The notes: generated by a model from the letters alone, not told the origin. A DNA stretch of 64,000 bases from an uncultured Rickettsiales bacterium (GCA_964450945.1 CAYVHI010000002.1:904-64903); one strand, 5' to 3'. Positions 55,412-64,000 are shown, numbered from the stretch's first letter. Numbers and translations are program-made.

Positions 55412-55505
55412 TCCGGGTCGCTCTGCGCTAAAGCGCAACCGCTCCCACGTAATAGTTTATTATTTTCCGGGTCGCTCTGAACTTCGTTCAACCGCTCCCG
55501 CGTAA
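55412..55505. repeat. Two tandem ~40-nt hairpin units with conserved flanks and covarying central stems
   Basis: Unit 1 (55412-55452): TCCGGGTCGCTC-TGCGCTaaAGCGCA-ACCGCTCCCACGTAA. Unit 2 (55466-55505): TCCGGGTCGCTC-TGAACttcGTTCA-ACCGCTCCCGCGTAA. Confidence 0.7.
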
Positions 55506-55506
55506 C

Positions 55507-56793
55507 TCACTCCACTGAAAAATAGGCGAGATCCAAAAACGTGAAACGGTTACGCAGGAAAAGCGAATGCATTATCGCCTGGTGATACCACTCTGGCTCC
55601 CAGCCTATATGGGCAGCATCAGTCGAGCAGCCTGCCGCCTCAAGATAGCTTTTAAGTTTTTGTTTAGGAATGCCGACAGCAGAAATTTTCCCAACAATAT
55701 CTTTCCAGTCCTTCGCCAGCATATCATTAAGTTCATCAATCTTTTGCGGCGATGGCCATTTTTTCTTTGCCTCCGCTATTGAACCCTTGCCCACCTGCTC
55801 ACCGAAATATTGCAGCAGCTTTTCTTCATCAAGCGGTATATGGGTTAGTTTCAGCGAAGGGGCTGAAAGCATATCCTCCTGCACGGCGGCCATCGCAAGT
55901 GTGGTTATGCCTATCTGCTCGCCGTGGAATGAAGTGCTGGGAAAAAGCATCTCCATGAAATGGGCAATCAGGTGTTCGCCCTGGCTTGCCGGATAACTGC
56001 CACCGGAAATGAACATGCCAATTCCCGAAAGCACAAGACAGAGGCAGAGAAGTTGCATCACCTCCGCATCACCACCCATTAAACCTTTTGCATTTTCCAT
56101 TAGTGGATTTTCATATTTCTCAAGAAGGACAAACGGCGCAGTCTTATATGGCGTGCCAAGAAGCAGATGGGAAAGCAGCCAGTCACTCTGCGCAGTCGGG
56201 CGGCAGAGCATATCACCAAGCCCGCTTCTTATAAGGCGTGCCGGTGCCTTCATCATGACATCGATATCCATGAAGACCGCGAGAGGCGGATTTGCAGTAA
56301 GCGAAGATTTAAAATTATCAACAATGATTGAAGCGCTAGCCGAACAATATCCATTCATGGAAGGCGCGGTGGCAAAAACCACATAAGGCTTTCTTGCCTT
56401 ATAAGACGCATATTTGCATAGATCATTGATTGTGCCGCTGCCGACCGCAACTATGCCATCATAATCCTTCGACTTCTGCTCTATGGCGCCGGCAGTTGCC
56501 TCATCACAAACAGGATTTCCATCCGACATGAAAGCGGTTACCTGGTATTTTCTTTCCAATACCTTGAAAAGCTTTTCACCCGCCGCCGCAAAAGTATTTT
56601 TATCGCAGACAATGAGCAGGCTCTTGCCAATCGCCAGTTTGGCAAGATACTCATCTGCGTTTTCTATTACGCCCCTGTCAATGACAATGGAACGTATCGG
56701 CAACCTGACGGGAGAACCCGTATCAGGATCATTCCAGGTGTCAGAAAGCAACTGTCCTAAAATAGAAGAATTCTTCATCACTACTTTCGCCAA
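55507..56793 (-). CDS. Iron-containing alcohol dehydrogenase superfamily, glycerol-1-phosphate dehydrogenase-like
   Basis: 428 aa. GSGTINDLCKY nucleotide-binding motif, TAPSMNGY, and the conserved His region GEHLIAHFME. Confidence 0.65.
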   Translation of the reverse strand: MAKVVMKNSSILGQLLSDTWNDPDTGSPVRLPIRSIVIDRGVIENADEYLAKLAIGKSLLIVCDKNTFAAAGEKLFKVLERKYQVTAFMSDGNPVCDEATAGAIEQKSKDYDGIVAVGSGTINDLCKYASYKARKPYVVFATAPSMNGYCSASASIIVDNFKSSLTANPPLAVFMDIDVMMKAPARLIRSGLGDMLCRPTAQSDWLLSHLLLGTPYKTAPFVLLEKYENPLMENAKGLMGGDAEVMQLLCLCLVLSGIGMFISGGSYPASQGEHLIAHFMEMLFPSTSFHGEQIGITTLAMAAVQEDMLSAPSLKLTHIPLDEEKLLQYFGEQVGKGSIAEAKKKWPSPQKIDELNDMLAKDWKDIVGKISAVGIPKQKLKSYLEAAGCSTDAAHIGWEPEWYHQAIMHSLFLRNRFTFLDLAYFSVE

Positions 56794-56796
56794 CTT

Positions 56797-57840
56797 ATGA
56801 TTGACTATAAAATGCTAATATCTTTTAATAAAAACATGCATACACCAGTTCTAAGATTTGTCATAGCAGCTTTATTGTTAAGTTTAATTTTTCTTGCCGG
56901 CGGAACTTCAGCCACAGAAACAAAAAGTTTTGACAAATGGCTTGAGCAGTTTCGCGCTGATGCCGAAAAAGAAGGGATATCAAAACAAACCCTGGATGCC
57001 GCCTTGAAAGGCCTTAAACCATTGCCTGCAGTTGTAAAACTGGATAGGAAACAGCCGGAAACCATAAAAACATTTGTGCAGTACCATAAAGGCGTGGTTA
57101 CTGATGAAAAAGTCCAGAAGGGCAGGGCGAACATTAAAAGAAATGCTGAAATCCTTGCAGAGATTACAGAGAAATATAATGTGCCGGTACGTTTTATCGT
57201 GGCTCTGTGGGGTGTTGAAACACATTATGGAAAAATAACAGGGAGTTTTTCTGTTGTTAATGCTCTGGCAACCCTTGCTTATGATGGAAGGCGCAGTGAT
57301 TTTTTCCGCAAGGAACTGATAAATGCACTTAAGATCATTGATAAAAAACATGTGACTGTACAACAGATGAAAGGATCATGGGCTGGTGCTATGGGGCAAA
57401 CCCAATTCATGCCTTCAAGTTACCTTACTTACGCGGTTGATTATAACAATGATGGCAAAACAGATATTTGGAATTCACCGCCGGATATTTTTGCATCAAT
57501 AGCCAATTACCTTAATAAATCAGGCTGGAAGGTTGATGAAGGCTGGGGTATGAAGGTGAAAATCCCTGAATATCTTGACCAGAGCTTGGTTGATATAAAA
57601 ATTCAGAAAAGCTTAAAGGAATGGCGGCAAATCGGCGTAAAATATGCGGATGGCAAGGAGCTGCCAGGTAATAATATAAAGTTTTCACTTATCAATTTGG
57701 AAGCTGATAAAAAAATTAAAGGCGGAAATCAATATTATTTGATTTCAGATAATTTCAGAACCTTGCTAAAATGGAACCGTTCATTATACTTTGCAACAGT
57801 TGTTGGGTTGTTATCTGATAAATTAATGAATGTACCATGA
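56797..57840 (+). CDS. Lytic murein transglycosylase (MltB/family 3-like)
   Basis: 347 aa. Signal peptide, LWGVETHYG catalytic Glu motif, QFMPSSY. An alternative start at 56836 (MHTPVLRF) is plausible because the divergent gene starts 3 nt away. Confidence 0.8.
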   Translation: MIDYKMLISFNKNMHTPVLRFVIAALLLSLIFLAGGTSATETKSFDKWLEQFRADAEKEGISKQTLDAALKGLKPLPAVVKLDRKQPETIKTFVQYHKGVVTDEKVQKGRANIKRNAEILAEITEKYNVPVRFIVALWGVETHYGKITGSFSVVNALATLAYDGRRSDFFRKELINALKIIDKKHVTVQQMKGSWAGAMGQTQFMPSSYLTYAVDYNNDGKTDIWNSPPDIFASIANYLNKSGWKVDEGWGMKVKIPEYLDQSLVDIKIQKSLKEWRQIGVKYADGKELPGNNIKFSLINLEADKKIKGGNQYYLISDNFRTLLKWNRSLYFATVVGLLSDKLMNVP

Positions 57841-58691
57841 ATCATATTTCAACAGGGCCTAGATTATTTTTACTATGCGTTGTTTCTCTCATGCTTTCGG
57901 GATGCGGCTATTTTGTGAGCTTTTCTCCCGGCAGGATGATTGGGCCTGAAGATAATGAAAAATACTATAAAGTTGGAAAGTCATATAAAATAGAAGATAA
58001 GTGGTATCATCCAAAAGAAGATTTCCATTATAATGAAGTAGGAATTGCTTCGTGGTATGGCCCGGATTTTCACGGCGGCGATACCGCAAACGGCGAAGTA
58101 TTTAATAAATATGCACTGACTGCTGCGCACAAAACACTTCCCATGCCAAGCATGGTAAAGGTTACTAATCTTGAGAATGGCAACTGGGTTAAAGTTAGAG
58201 TTAATGATCGCGGCCCATTTGTCGGTAACAGGATAATAGATGTTTCTAAAGCGGCAGCAGAAAAACTAGGTTTTGTTGATAAGGGAACTGCAAAAGTAAG
58301 GGTGCAGCTACTGAAGGAAGAAACCGAAAAACTTTTTCCTGCCACTAGCTCTATAAGAACAAAGATAGCAACATCCCAGCCATTACCAAAGCAAACAACG
58401 TCGCCGCAAAAAAAATATCTGAAGACAGGCAAAACTATAGAGGCACACCGGCCTCATGAAGGAGAAAAAATATATATACAGGTTGGTGCCTATACTGCTC
58501 ACAGTAAGGCGCAAAACTATGCAAGGAAACTTGGCGAGCTTGGTAAAACAGATGTGGCGCAGGCTTATATTAACGGAGCAAATTATTATAGGGTAAGGCT
58601 TGGCCCAATACAAAGCAGTAAAACAGCAGATAAACTTTTATACAAGGTGGCAAATCATGGTTTTCCGGAAGCATATATCGTTCTTGATTAG
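57837..58691 (+). CDS. rlpA: Septal ring lytic transglycosylase RlpA (DPBB + SPOR domains)
   Basis: 284 aa. Lipobox LSGC, GIASWYGPDFHGGDTANGE, NDRGPF, and a C-terminal SPOR-like YIQVGAY...YRVRLGP. Confidence 0.88.
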   Translation: MNHISTGPRLFLLCVVSLMLSGCGYFVSFSPGRMIGPEDNEKYYKVGKSYKIEDKWYHPKEDFHYNEVGIASWYGPDFHGGDTANGEVFNKYALTAAHKTLPMPSMVKVTNLENGNWVKVRVNDRGPFVGNRIIDVSKAAAEKLGFVDKGTAKVRVQLLKEETEKLFPATSSIRTKIATSQPLPKQTTSPQKKYLKTGKTIEAHRPHEGEKIYIQVGAYTAHSKAQNYARKLGELGKTDVAQAYINGANYYRVRLGPIQSSKTADKLLYKVANHGFPEAYIVLD

Positions 58692-58713
58692 AAAAAATCA
58701 CTCTCATTGGCTA

Positions 58714-58795
58714 TTGATGCGTCGCACCCGTCCTCAAGTCCTCACGTACATTTTAAAGTACGCTGCGGCTTTGCGGTCGGTTGCTCCTATCACTA
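58714..58795. repeat. Hairpin repeat family copy D (divergent), inside the 5' end of the carboxypeptidase ORF
   Basis: TGATGCGTCGCACCCGTCCTCAAGTCCTCACGTAC-attttaaa-GTACGCTGCGGCTTTGCGGTCGGTTGCTCCTATCA. Shares the CGTCG, CTCACGTAC/GTACGCTGCGG and CTCCTA blocks. Confidence 0.55.
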
Positions 58796-59901
58796 GCCTA
58801 ATGATAATGATTTTTGTTTTTCCAAATATTGTTTTTGCCCAGACCTTTGAAACCAAGGCTGGCTACGCCATACTTATCGATGATAAAACTGGAGCGGTAC
58901 TTTTTGAAAAAGACGCTGATGTAAGCATGGCGCCTTCTTCGATGAGCAAACTGATGACCATATATATACTTTTTGACCGGCTGAAATCAGGGGAAGTAAA
59001 GCTTACAGATAAATTCAATGTAAGTGAAAAGGCCTGGCGTACCGGTGGTTCAAAAATGTTTGTAAAGGTAGATTCGGAGATATTAGTTGAAGATTTAATA
59101 CGGGGAATAATAATTCAATCTGGTAATGACGCATGTGTTGTTGTGGCAGAAGGTTTGGCTGGAGCTGAAGAAGTTTTTGCCCAAAAGATGAATATGATGG
59201 CAGAAAAGCTTGGGCTAAAAAACAGCCATTTCAAAAATTCTACTGGCCTTCCGGAAGATGGACATGAAATGTCGGTGCGAGACTTGGCGATACTGGCAAA
59301 GCACCTTATCGATGACTTCCCTGAATATTATCATTATTTTGCAGAAAAAGAATTTGTATATAACAAGATAAACCAGCCTAACAGGAATCTTCTCCTTTAC
59401 AGGAATATTAATGCAGATGGCCTGAAGACGGGGCATGCGGAAAAGGCTGGTTACGGGATTGTTGCTTCCGCCGCGCGCGATGGTAGAAGGCTTATTGCGG
59501 TAGTTAACGGCCTTAAAGGTGAAAAAGAACGTGCCGATGAAGCTCAGAAACTTCTTGAATACGGTTTTGGTGCATTTGAAGTGGTAACGCTTTTTAAGGC
59601 GGGTGAAGCTGTAGAAGAAGCAGAAGTATGGTTCGGAAAAAAGAATGCAGTGCCGCTTGTAACGAAAGAGGATATAACATTTACCCTTCCGCGCTATAGT
59701 AAGGGCGACCTTGGTGTTTCAGTTTTATATAATAGCCCAATAGCGGCACCAATTGGAACAGAGACATCAATAGCTGAACTCTTAATAAAGAGAAAAGATG
59801 CTGAAGATGTTAAAATACCATTATTCGCCGGTGAGAAGATTGAAAAGATATCATTCTTCAAACACCTGATAAGATCACTAAAATACCATATAAAAAACTA
59901 A
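58717..59901 (+). CDS. D-alanyl-D-alanine carboxypeptidase (PBP5/6 class)
   Basis: SMSK (SxxK), SGN and KTG motifs. Start chosen at MRRTRPQ (58717), giving a signal peptide ending VFAQ. Alternative starts at 58801 and 58807. The track start at 58600 overlaps rlpA. Confidence 0.85.
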   Translation: MRRTRPQVLTYILKYAAALRSVAPITSLMIMIFVFPNIVFAQTFETKAGYAILIDDKTGAVLFEKDADVSMAPSSMSKLMTIYILFDRLKSGEVKLTDKFNVSEKAWRTGGSKMFVKVDSEILVEDLIRGIIIQSGNDACVVVAEGLAGAEEVFAQKMNMMAEKLGLKNSHFKNSTGLPEDGHEMSVRDLAILAKHLIDDFPEYYHYFAEKEFVYNKINQPNRNLLLYRNINADGLKTGHAEKAGYGIVASAARDGRRLIAVVNGLKGEKERADEAQKLLEYGFGAFEVVTLFKAGEAVEEAEVWFGKKNAVPLVTKEDITFTLPRYSKGDLGVSVLYNSPIAAPIGTETSIAELLIKRKDAEDVKIPLFAGEKIEKISFFKHLIRSLKYHIKN

Positions 59902-60548
59902 TGGCTGGAAAATTCATATCACTTGAAGGTGGGGAGGGAACTGGTAAATCAACCCAGCTGAAACTTCTTGCAAAAAGCATTGAAAGGGTTGGTATGAGGG
60001 TTATAGAAACGCGTGAGCCTGGAGGAACGGAACAGGCAGAAAGAATACGCTCCATATTAGTTACAGGAAATTCAAGTAAGCTTAATCCCTTTACCGAACT
60101 TCTTCTCCATAATGCTGCCCGCAAAGAACATGTTGAAAATGTAATCAAGCCCGGGCTTGCTGAAGGAAAGATAGTTATTTCTGATCGCTTTGCCGATTCT
60201 ACCGTTGCATACCAGGCATACGGCCATGAGCTTGGCACTGCCATTGTGAAATCCATAACCCAGCTTACCATAGGAAATTTTACTCCAGACCTCACAATAA
60301 TACTGGATATTAAGCCGGAAGAGGGTTTGAAGAGGGCCGGCAGCCGGGCTGGCAGCGAAACCCGGTATGAACAGATGGAAAAAGCATTCCATGAACGGGT
60401 CAGAGAGGGATTTTTAGCTATTGCAAAGCAAGAGCCAGAGCGGTGTGTGGTTATATCATCCGATAAGTCTGTTGAAGCGGTGCATAAAAGCATTATTTCT
60501 GTTGTAAATTCTCATCTTTCCCTTAATTTAAAGATTAGCGATTTCTGA
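59901..60548 (+). CDS. tmk: Thymidylate kinase
   Basis: 215 aa. EGGEGTGKST P-loop and DRF motif. Confidence 0.93.
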   Translation: MAGKFISLEGGEGTGKSTQLKLLAKSIERVGMRVIETREPGGTEQAERIRSILVTGNSSKLNPFTELLLHNAARKEHVENVIKPGLAEGKIVISDRFADSTVAYQAYGHELGTAIVKSITQLTIGNFTPDLTIILDIKPEEGLKRAGSRAGSETRYEQMEKAFHERVREGFLAIAKQEPERCVVISSDKSVEAVHKSIISVVNSHLSLNLKISDF

Positions 60549-60551
60549 TTT

Positions 60552-60642
60552 GGTTATTACGTCGTCGTATTTCGGACTCGCTGTGCTCATGTATGTCAGG
60601 ATACACTGCGCCCAGCTCACCTCATACTCCCTAGTACTAACC
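60552..60642. repeat. Hairpin repeat family copy B
   Basis: GGTTATTACGTCGTCGTATTTCGGACTCGCTGTGCTCATGTAT-gtcagg-ATACACTGCGCCCAGCTC..ACTCCCTAGTACTAACC. Lies between tmk and holB. Confidence 0.7.
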
Positions 60643-60676
60643 CAAACATAAATCGCAGTATAACATTGGGTATAAA

Positions 60677-61750
60677 ATGTCCGAATCTGAAATCATAACG
60701 CCGCGCTCAAGCCAGTTTTTTATTGGTAACACTGGGGCGGAAGAAACAATAACTGAAGCCTTAACTTCAGGAAAGCTGCATCATGCCTGGCTGATAAACG
60801 GGCCAAAAGGAGTTGGCAAGGCAACACTTGCTTACCGAATAGCGCGCTTCATACTTTCTGGAGGTGTAGAAAAAGATGCAGGAGGTGGCACAAACCTTTT
60901 TGGTGAACCAGAACCCGTAAGCCTTTCCATTGATGAGAATTCAGAAACGTTCCAGCAGATAGTTCAGGGTAGCCATCCAGACCTGCTTGTGCTTGAGACA
61001 AACGAAGAAGAAACGGAGATTAAAGTTGATGATGTAAGGAAGATAAATTCATTCATGCGTATGACTTCCGCAAACTCTGGCTGGAAAGTGGTTATCGTTG
61101 ATGAGGTGGATGATATGAACAGGAATGACGCTAACGCCATACTCAAGATTCTTGAAGAGCCGCCGGCAAAATCAATCCTGCTTATGATCTCTCATTCGCC
61201 AGGAAAATTGCTGCCAACCATACGCTCCCGCTGCACCCACCTGAAGCTAAAACCACTTAGTGACGAAGATGTCATGAAGGTGCTTGAAAAAACATTTAAG
61301 AATATAGATAGAGAAGAAGCGGAATTTGCTGTGAAAGTTGCGGATGGTTCGCCAGGAACCGCAGCCGATTTATATATTAACCAGAGCATGGAAGTTTATA
61401 AGGATCTGGTGAATATCCTGAAATCTCTGCCAGCTATTAATTCGGCCGCAGCCCTGAAGTTCAGTGAATGGGTGGCAGCAAAAAATGCCGAAGCAGAATG
61501 GCGCACAGGCAATTATCTCCTGCAGCTTTTACTTTCAAGGGTAATAAAATCCCTTTCCTCAAATGAAAATCTTGAAGAGTTAGTTGAGGAAGAAAATAAT
61601 GTGCTGAAGAGTTTAATGAACAGCAGCCCTATCTCACTGATTGGATTATATAATAATATCTGCGCCCTTGCCGGAGATGCAGAAAATTTAAACTTAGACC
61701 GTAAGATGGCAATGCTTAATATCATTAACGAAATAAGGGCCGCGGCATGA
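60677..61750 (+). CDS. holB: DNA polymerase III delta-prime subunit
   Basis: 357 aa. HHAWLINGPKGVGKATLA, VVIVDEVD, SRC motif (TIRSRC). Confidence 0.88.
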   Translation: MSESEIITPRSSQFFIGNTGAEETITEALTSGKLHHAWLINGPKGVGKATLAYRIARFILSGGVEKDAGGGTNLFGEPEPVSLSIDENSETFQQIVQGSHPDLLVLETNEEETEIKVDDVRKINSFMRMTSANSGWKVVIVDEVDDMNRNDANAILKILEEPPAKSILLMISHSPGKLLPTIRSRCTHLKLKPLSDEDVMKVLEKTFKNIDREEAEFAVKVADGSPGTAADLYINQSMEVYKDLVNILKSLPAINSAAALKFSEWVAAKNAEAEWRTGNYLLQLLLSRVIKSLSSNENLEELVEEENNVLKSLMNSSPISLIGLYNNICALAGDAENLNLDRKMAMLNIINEIRAAA

Positions 61751-63291
61751 AGAAATTCTATATCACAACCCCTATTTATTATGTGAATGATTCGCCGCAT
61801 ATAGGGCATGCCTACACATCACTAGCCTGCGATGTTATGGCGCGTTTCATGCGGCTTGATGGCTATGATGTGAAGTTTTTAACCGGTACAGATGAACACG
61901 GGCAGAAAGTTGCAAAAGCTGCAGAGCAGGCTGGTATTGACCCAAAAAAATTCGTGGATGATGTTTCCGGCAGGTTCAAGGAACTTTGCAAAACCATGAA
62001 TTACAGCAATGATGATTTCATTCGTACTACAGAGGAGCGCCACAAAAAATCAGCCCAGGAATTATGGATGCGGATTTACCACAAAGGTTTTATTGGCATA
62101 AGCAAATATGCTGGGTGGTATTCAGTGCGCGATGAGGCCTATTATACCGAAGATGAGTTAGTCTTGGTGGACGGTAAGAAAAAAGCGCCAACAGGAGCGG
62201 AAGTAGAGTGGATGGAGGAAGAAAGCTATTTTTTCGAGCTATCAAAGTTTCAGGATAAACTGCTTAAGTATTATGAAGAGAATCCTGATTTTATCGCGCC
62301 GGATACGCGCAGGAATGAAGTGATAAGTTTTGTGAAACAGGGTTTACAGGATTTATCAATCTCCCGCACCCGCTTCAACTGGGGTATCCCAGTCCCTAAT
62401 GATGATAAGCATGTCATGTATGTGTGGATAGATGCGCTAGCCAATTACCTGAGCGCCATAGGTTTTCCTGATGAAAATAATCCACAATGGAAATTATGGC
62501 CGGCGGATTTGCATATGGTGGGAAAAGATATCCTGCGCTTTCACGCGGTATATTGGCCGGCGATGCTGATGGCGGCAGAACTGCCGCTGCCGAAAAAGAT
62601 TTTTGCCCATGGCTGGTGGACAGTGGAAGGCCAGAAGATGAGCAAATCCCTAGGCAATGTTATCGCCCCTGCTGATCTGGTGAAAGAATATGGCCTTGAT
62701 CAATCCCGCTATTTCCTGCTCCGCGAATTTCCCTTCGGGCAGGATGGAAATTTCGCAAGAGAAAGAATAATAACCGTAATTAATTCTGAGCTTGCAAATA
62801 ATATAGGGAATCTTTGCCAGCGCACGCTTTCTATGATTCATAAAAATTGTGATGGGGTTGTTCCTGAATATAATAAAGAATTTTCTGACAAAGATTCAGT
62901 TTATATTACTGGAATTAATTTTGAGAAAATTAGAGATGAAATAAAAAACCAAAATTTTCAGCAATTAATATTAGATATTGTAAAGTATTCAACACAAGCT
63001 AATGAATATATTGATAAGAGAGCGCCTTGGAAGTTAAGTAAGGAAGGCAAGAAAGAGGAATTAGGAACAGTATTATACGAGATTGCAGATTCAATAAGAA
63101 AAATAGCAATTCTTTTGCAGCCGTTTATGCCTGCATCTGCTGAAAAAATTCTAAATCAGCTTAGTGTGCCAAAGAATGAAAGAGAATTTAAATGTCTAAC
63201 AAAGGAATTTTCCTTAAAGCCGGGAACAAAATTAGGGGCGCTGGCTCCTGTGTTCCCGCGGTTTGTGGATGAAAAGAAGGCGGCGTCATGA
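61747..63291 (+). CDS. metG: Methionyl-tRNA synthetase (short form)
   Basis: 514 aa. PHIGHAYT (HIGH) and KMSKS motifs. Confidence 0.93.
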   Translation: MKKFYITTPIYYVNDSPHIGHAYTSLACDVMARFMRLDGYDVKFLTGTDEHGQKVAKAAEQAGIDPKKFVDDVSGRFKELCKTMNYSNDDFIRTTEERHKKSAQELWMRIYHKGFIGISKYAGWYSVRDEAYYTEDELVLVDGKKKAPTGAEVEWMEEESYFFELSKFQDKLLKYYEENPDFIAPDTRRNEVISFVKQGLQDLSISRTRFNWGIPVPNDDKHVMYVWIDALANYLSAIGFPDENNPQWKLWPADLHMVGKDILRFHAVYWPAMLMAAELPLPKKIFAHGWWTVEGQKMSKSLGNVIAPADLVKEYGLDQSRYFLLREFPFGQDGNFARERIITVINSELANNIGNLCQRTLSMIHKNCDGVVPEYNKEFSDKDSVYITGINFEKIRDEIKNQNFQQLILDIVKYSTQANEYIDKRAPWKLSKEGKKEELGTVLYEIADSIRKIAILLQPFMPASAEKILNQLSVPKNEREFKCLTKEFSLKPGTKLGALAPVFPRFVDEKKAAS

Positions 63292-64000
63292 AATACATAA
63301 GCACACGCGGGCGCGCGGAAAAAATGAATTTTGAAGAAGTGTTGCTGCAGGGGCTAGCAAGCGACGGCGGGCTTTATGTACCGGAAACTATTCCGCAATT
63401 TACCCCGGCTGAGATTGCCAGCATGAAGGGCCTTACATACCCGGAACTCGCTAAAATAATCATGCAGCCGTATCTGGGTGAAACATTCCCTGATAAGGTT
63501 TGGAGTAAGATTGTGGATGATGCTTATTCAACATTCACCCACAAAGCCACTGCGCCACTGAAACAGATAGGTGATAATGAATGGATTTTAGAATTATTCC
63601 ACGGGCCAACCCTGGCATTCAAGGATTTTGCCCTCCAGCTTCTGGGACGTATGCTTGATGAAATATTAAAGAAGCGCAAAGAAAAAGTTGTTATACTGGG
63701 GGCGACCTCCGGTGATACCGGCTCTGCCGCAATCGAAGGCTGCAAGCACACCAAAAACGCGGATATCTTCATCCTTCATCCGGACGGCAGGACTTCCGAT
63801 ATACAAAGAATGCAGATGACAACAGTTGATGCGAAGAACGTGCATAACGTTGCCATCAAGGGAACTTTTGATGATTGCCAGAATATTGTGAAAGAAATTT
63901 TTTCCAACCGGAAATTCCTTAACCGCCAGCTGGTTGCCGTTAATTCCATAAACTGGGCGCGTATTATGGCGCAGATTGTTTATTATTTCTATGCCGCGCT
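63288..64000 (+). CDS. thrC: Threonine synthase, N-terminal part (runs off window end)
   Basis: Own translation from ATG 63288 (ATGA overlap with the metG stop): MKYISTRGRAEKMNFEEVLLQGLASDGGLYVPE...HGPTLAFKDFALQ (PLP Lys). Not in the ORF track because it is truncated. Confidence 0.9.
   Translation, partial: MKYISTRGRAEKMNFEEVLLQGLASDGGLYVPETIPQFTPAEIASMKGLTYPELAKIIMQPYLGETFPDKVWSKIVDDAYSTFTHKATAPLKQIGDNEWILELFHGPTLAFKDFALQLLGRMLDEILKKRKEKVVILGATSGDTGSAAIEGCKHTKNADIFILHPDGRTSDIQRMQMTTVDAKNVHNVAIKGTFDDCQNIVKEIFSNRKFLNRQLVAVNSINWARIMAQIVYYFYAA

Noticed and set aside
55412-55505. Considered whether the tandem hairpin units are a tiny CRISPR array.
   Set aside because: There are only two units, the units themselves differ in their centres, the spacer is 13 nt, and the window has no cas genes. 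They are better described as REP-like structured repeats.
58600-58716. 5' extension of the carboxypeptidase ORF (track start 58600).
   Set aside because: It overlaps the last 92 nt of rlpA and adds a non-signal-like N-terminus. An internal start at 58717, or at 58801/58807, is more plausible.
59858-60493. 211-aa minus-strand ORF in the track.
   Set aside because: It lies entirely antisense to the well-supported tmk gene and has no recognisable motifs, so it is a shadow ORF.

Overview
This 64-kb window comes from a low-GC alphaproteobacterial chromosome (about 35-42% G+C by hand count on sampled lines) that is densely coded on both strands. CtrA, HdaA, HflKC-DegP, FliI-FliJ, an isolated virB2-virB4-virB6 islet and dispersed RPE-like hairpin repeats suggest an intracellular Rickettsiales/Holosporales-type symbiont, but that is inference from gene content only. 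I call about 80 protein genes and one tRNA-Met(CAT). I saw no rRNA, CRISPR array, transposase, integrase or phage genes. Most of the window is housekeeping: purMN, ndk, proC, lgt, the rib operon with nusB and thiL, def/fmt/truA, gltX, metG, tmk, holB, holC, thrC and cell-wall enzymes. The unusual content falls into seven groups. (1) At 38.0-41.0 kb, five tandem paralogous Cys-motif lipoproteins of a family I do not recognise sit next to an A24 prepilin-peptidase-like gene that appears to lack its second catalytic Asp. (2) At 41.0-48.7 kb, tRNA-Met is followed by a small protein-kinase-like candidate effector and a mosaic AST-like arginine catabolic cluster. In that cluster the canonical AstA seems to be replaced by a FeeM/OlsB-type acyltransferase. 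(3) At 49.7-54.3 kb there is a partial type IV secretion operon without virB3. (4) At 54.5-55.3 kb, directly after virB6, lies an ~0.8-kb segment of foreign composition (about 55-60% G+C, GC-ending codons) that encodes a bitopic membrane protein. (5) At least six copies of an ~65-120 bp imperfect-hairpin repeat family are present, and two are open in frame with the N-termini of exported proteins. A separate pair of covarying tandem hairpins also occurs. (6) A minimal cupredoxin+FTR1 iron module with a Fur-box-like site lies beside an ABC ATPase with degenerate signature and H-loop motifs. (7) An AT-rich two-gene cassette contains a stand-alone GIY-YIG-like protein. All functional calls come from my own reading of the translated ORFs and from remembered family motifs. 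No database search or computation was possible, so the novelty claims need HMM/BLAST confirmation.
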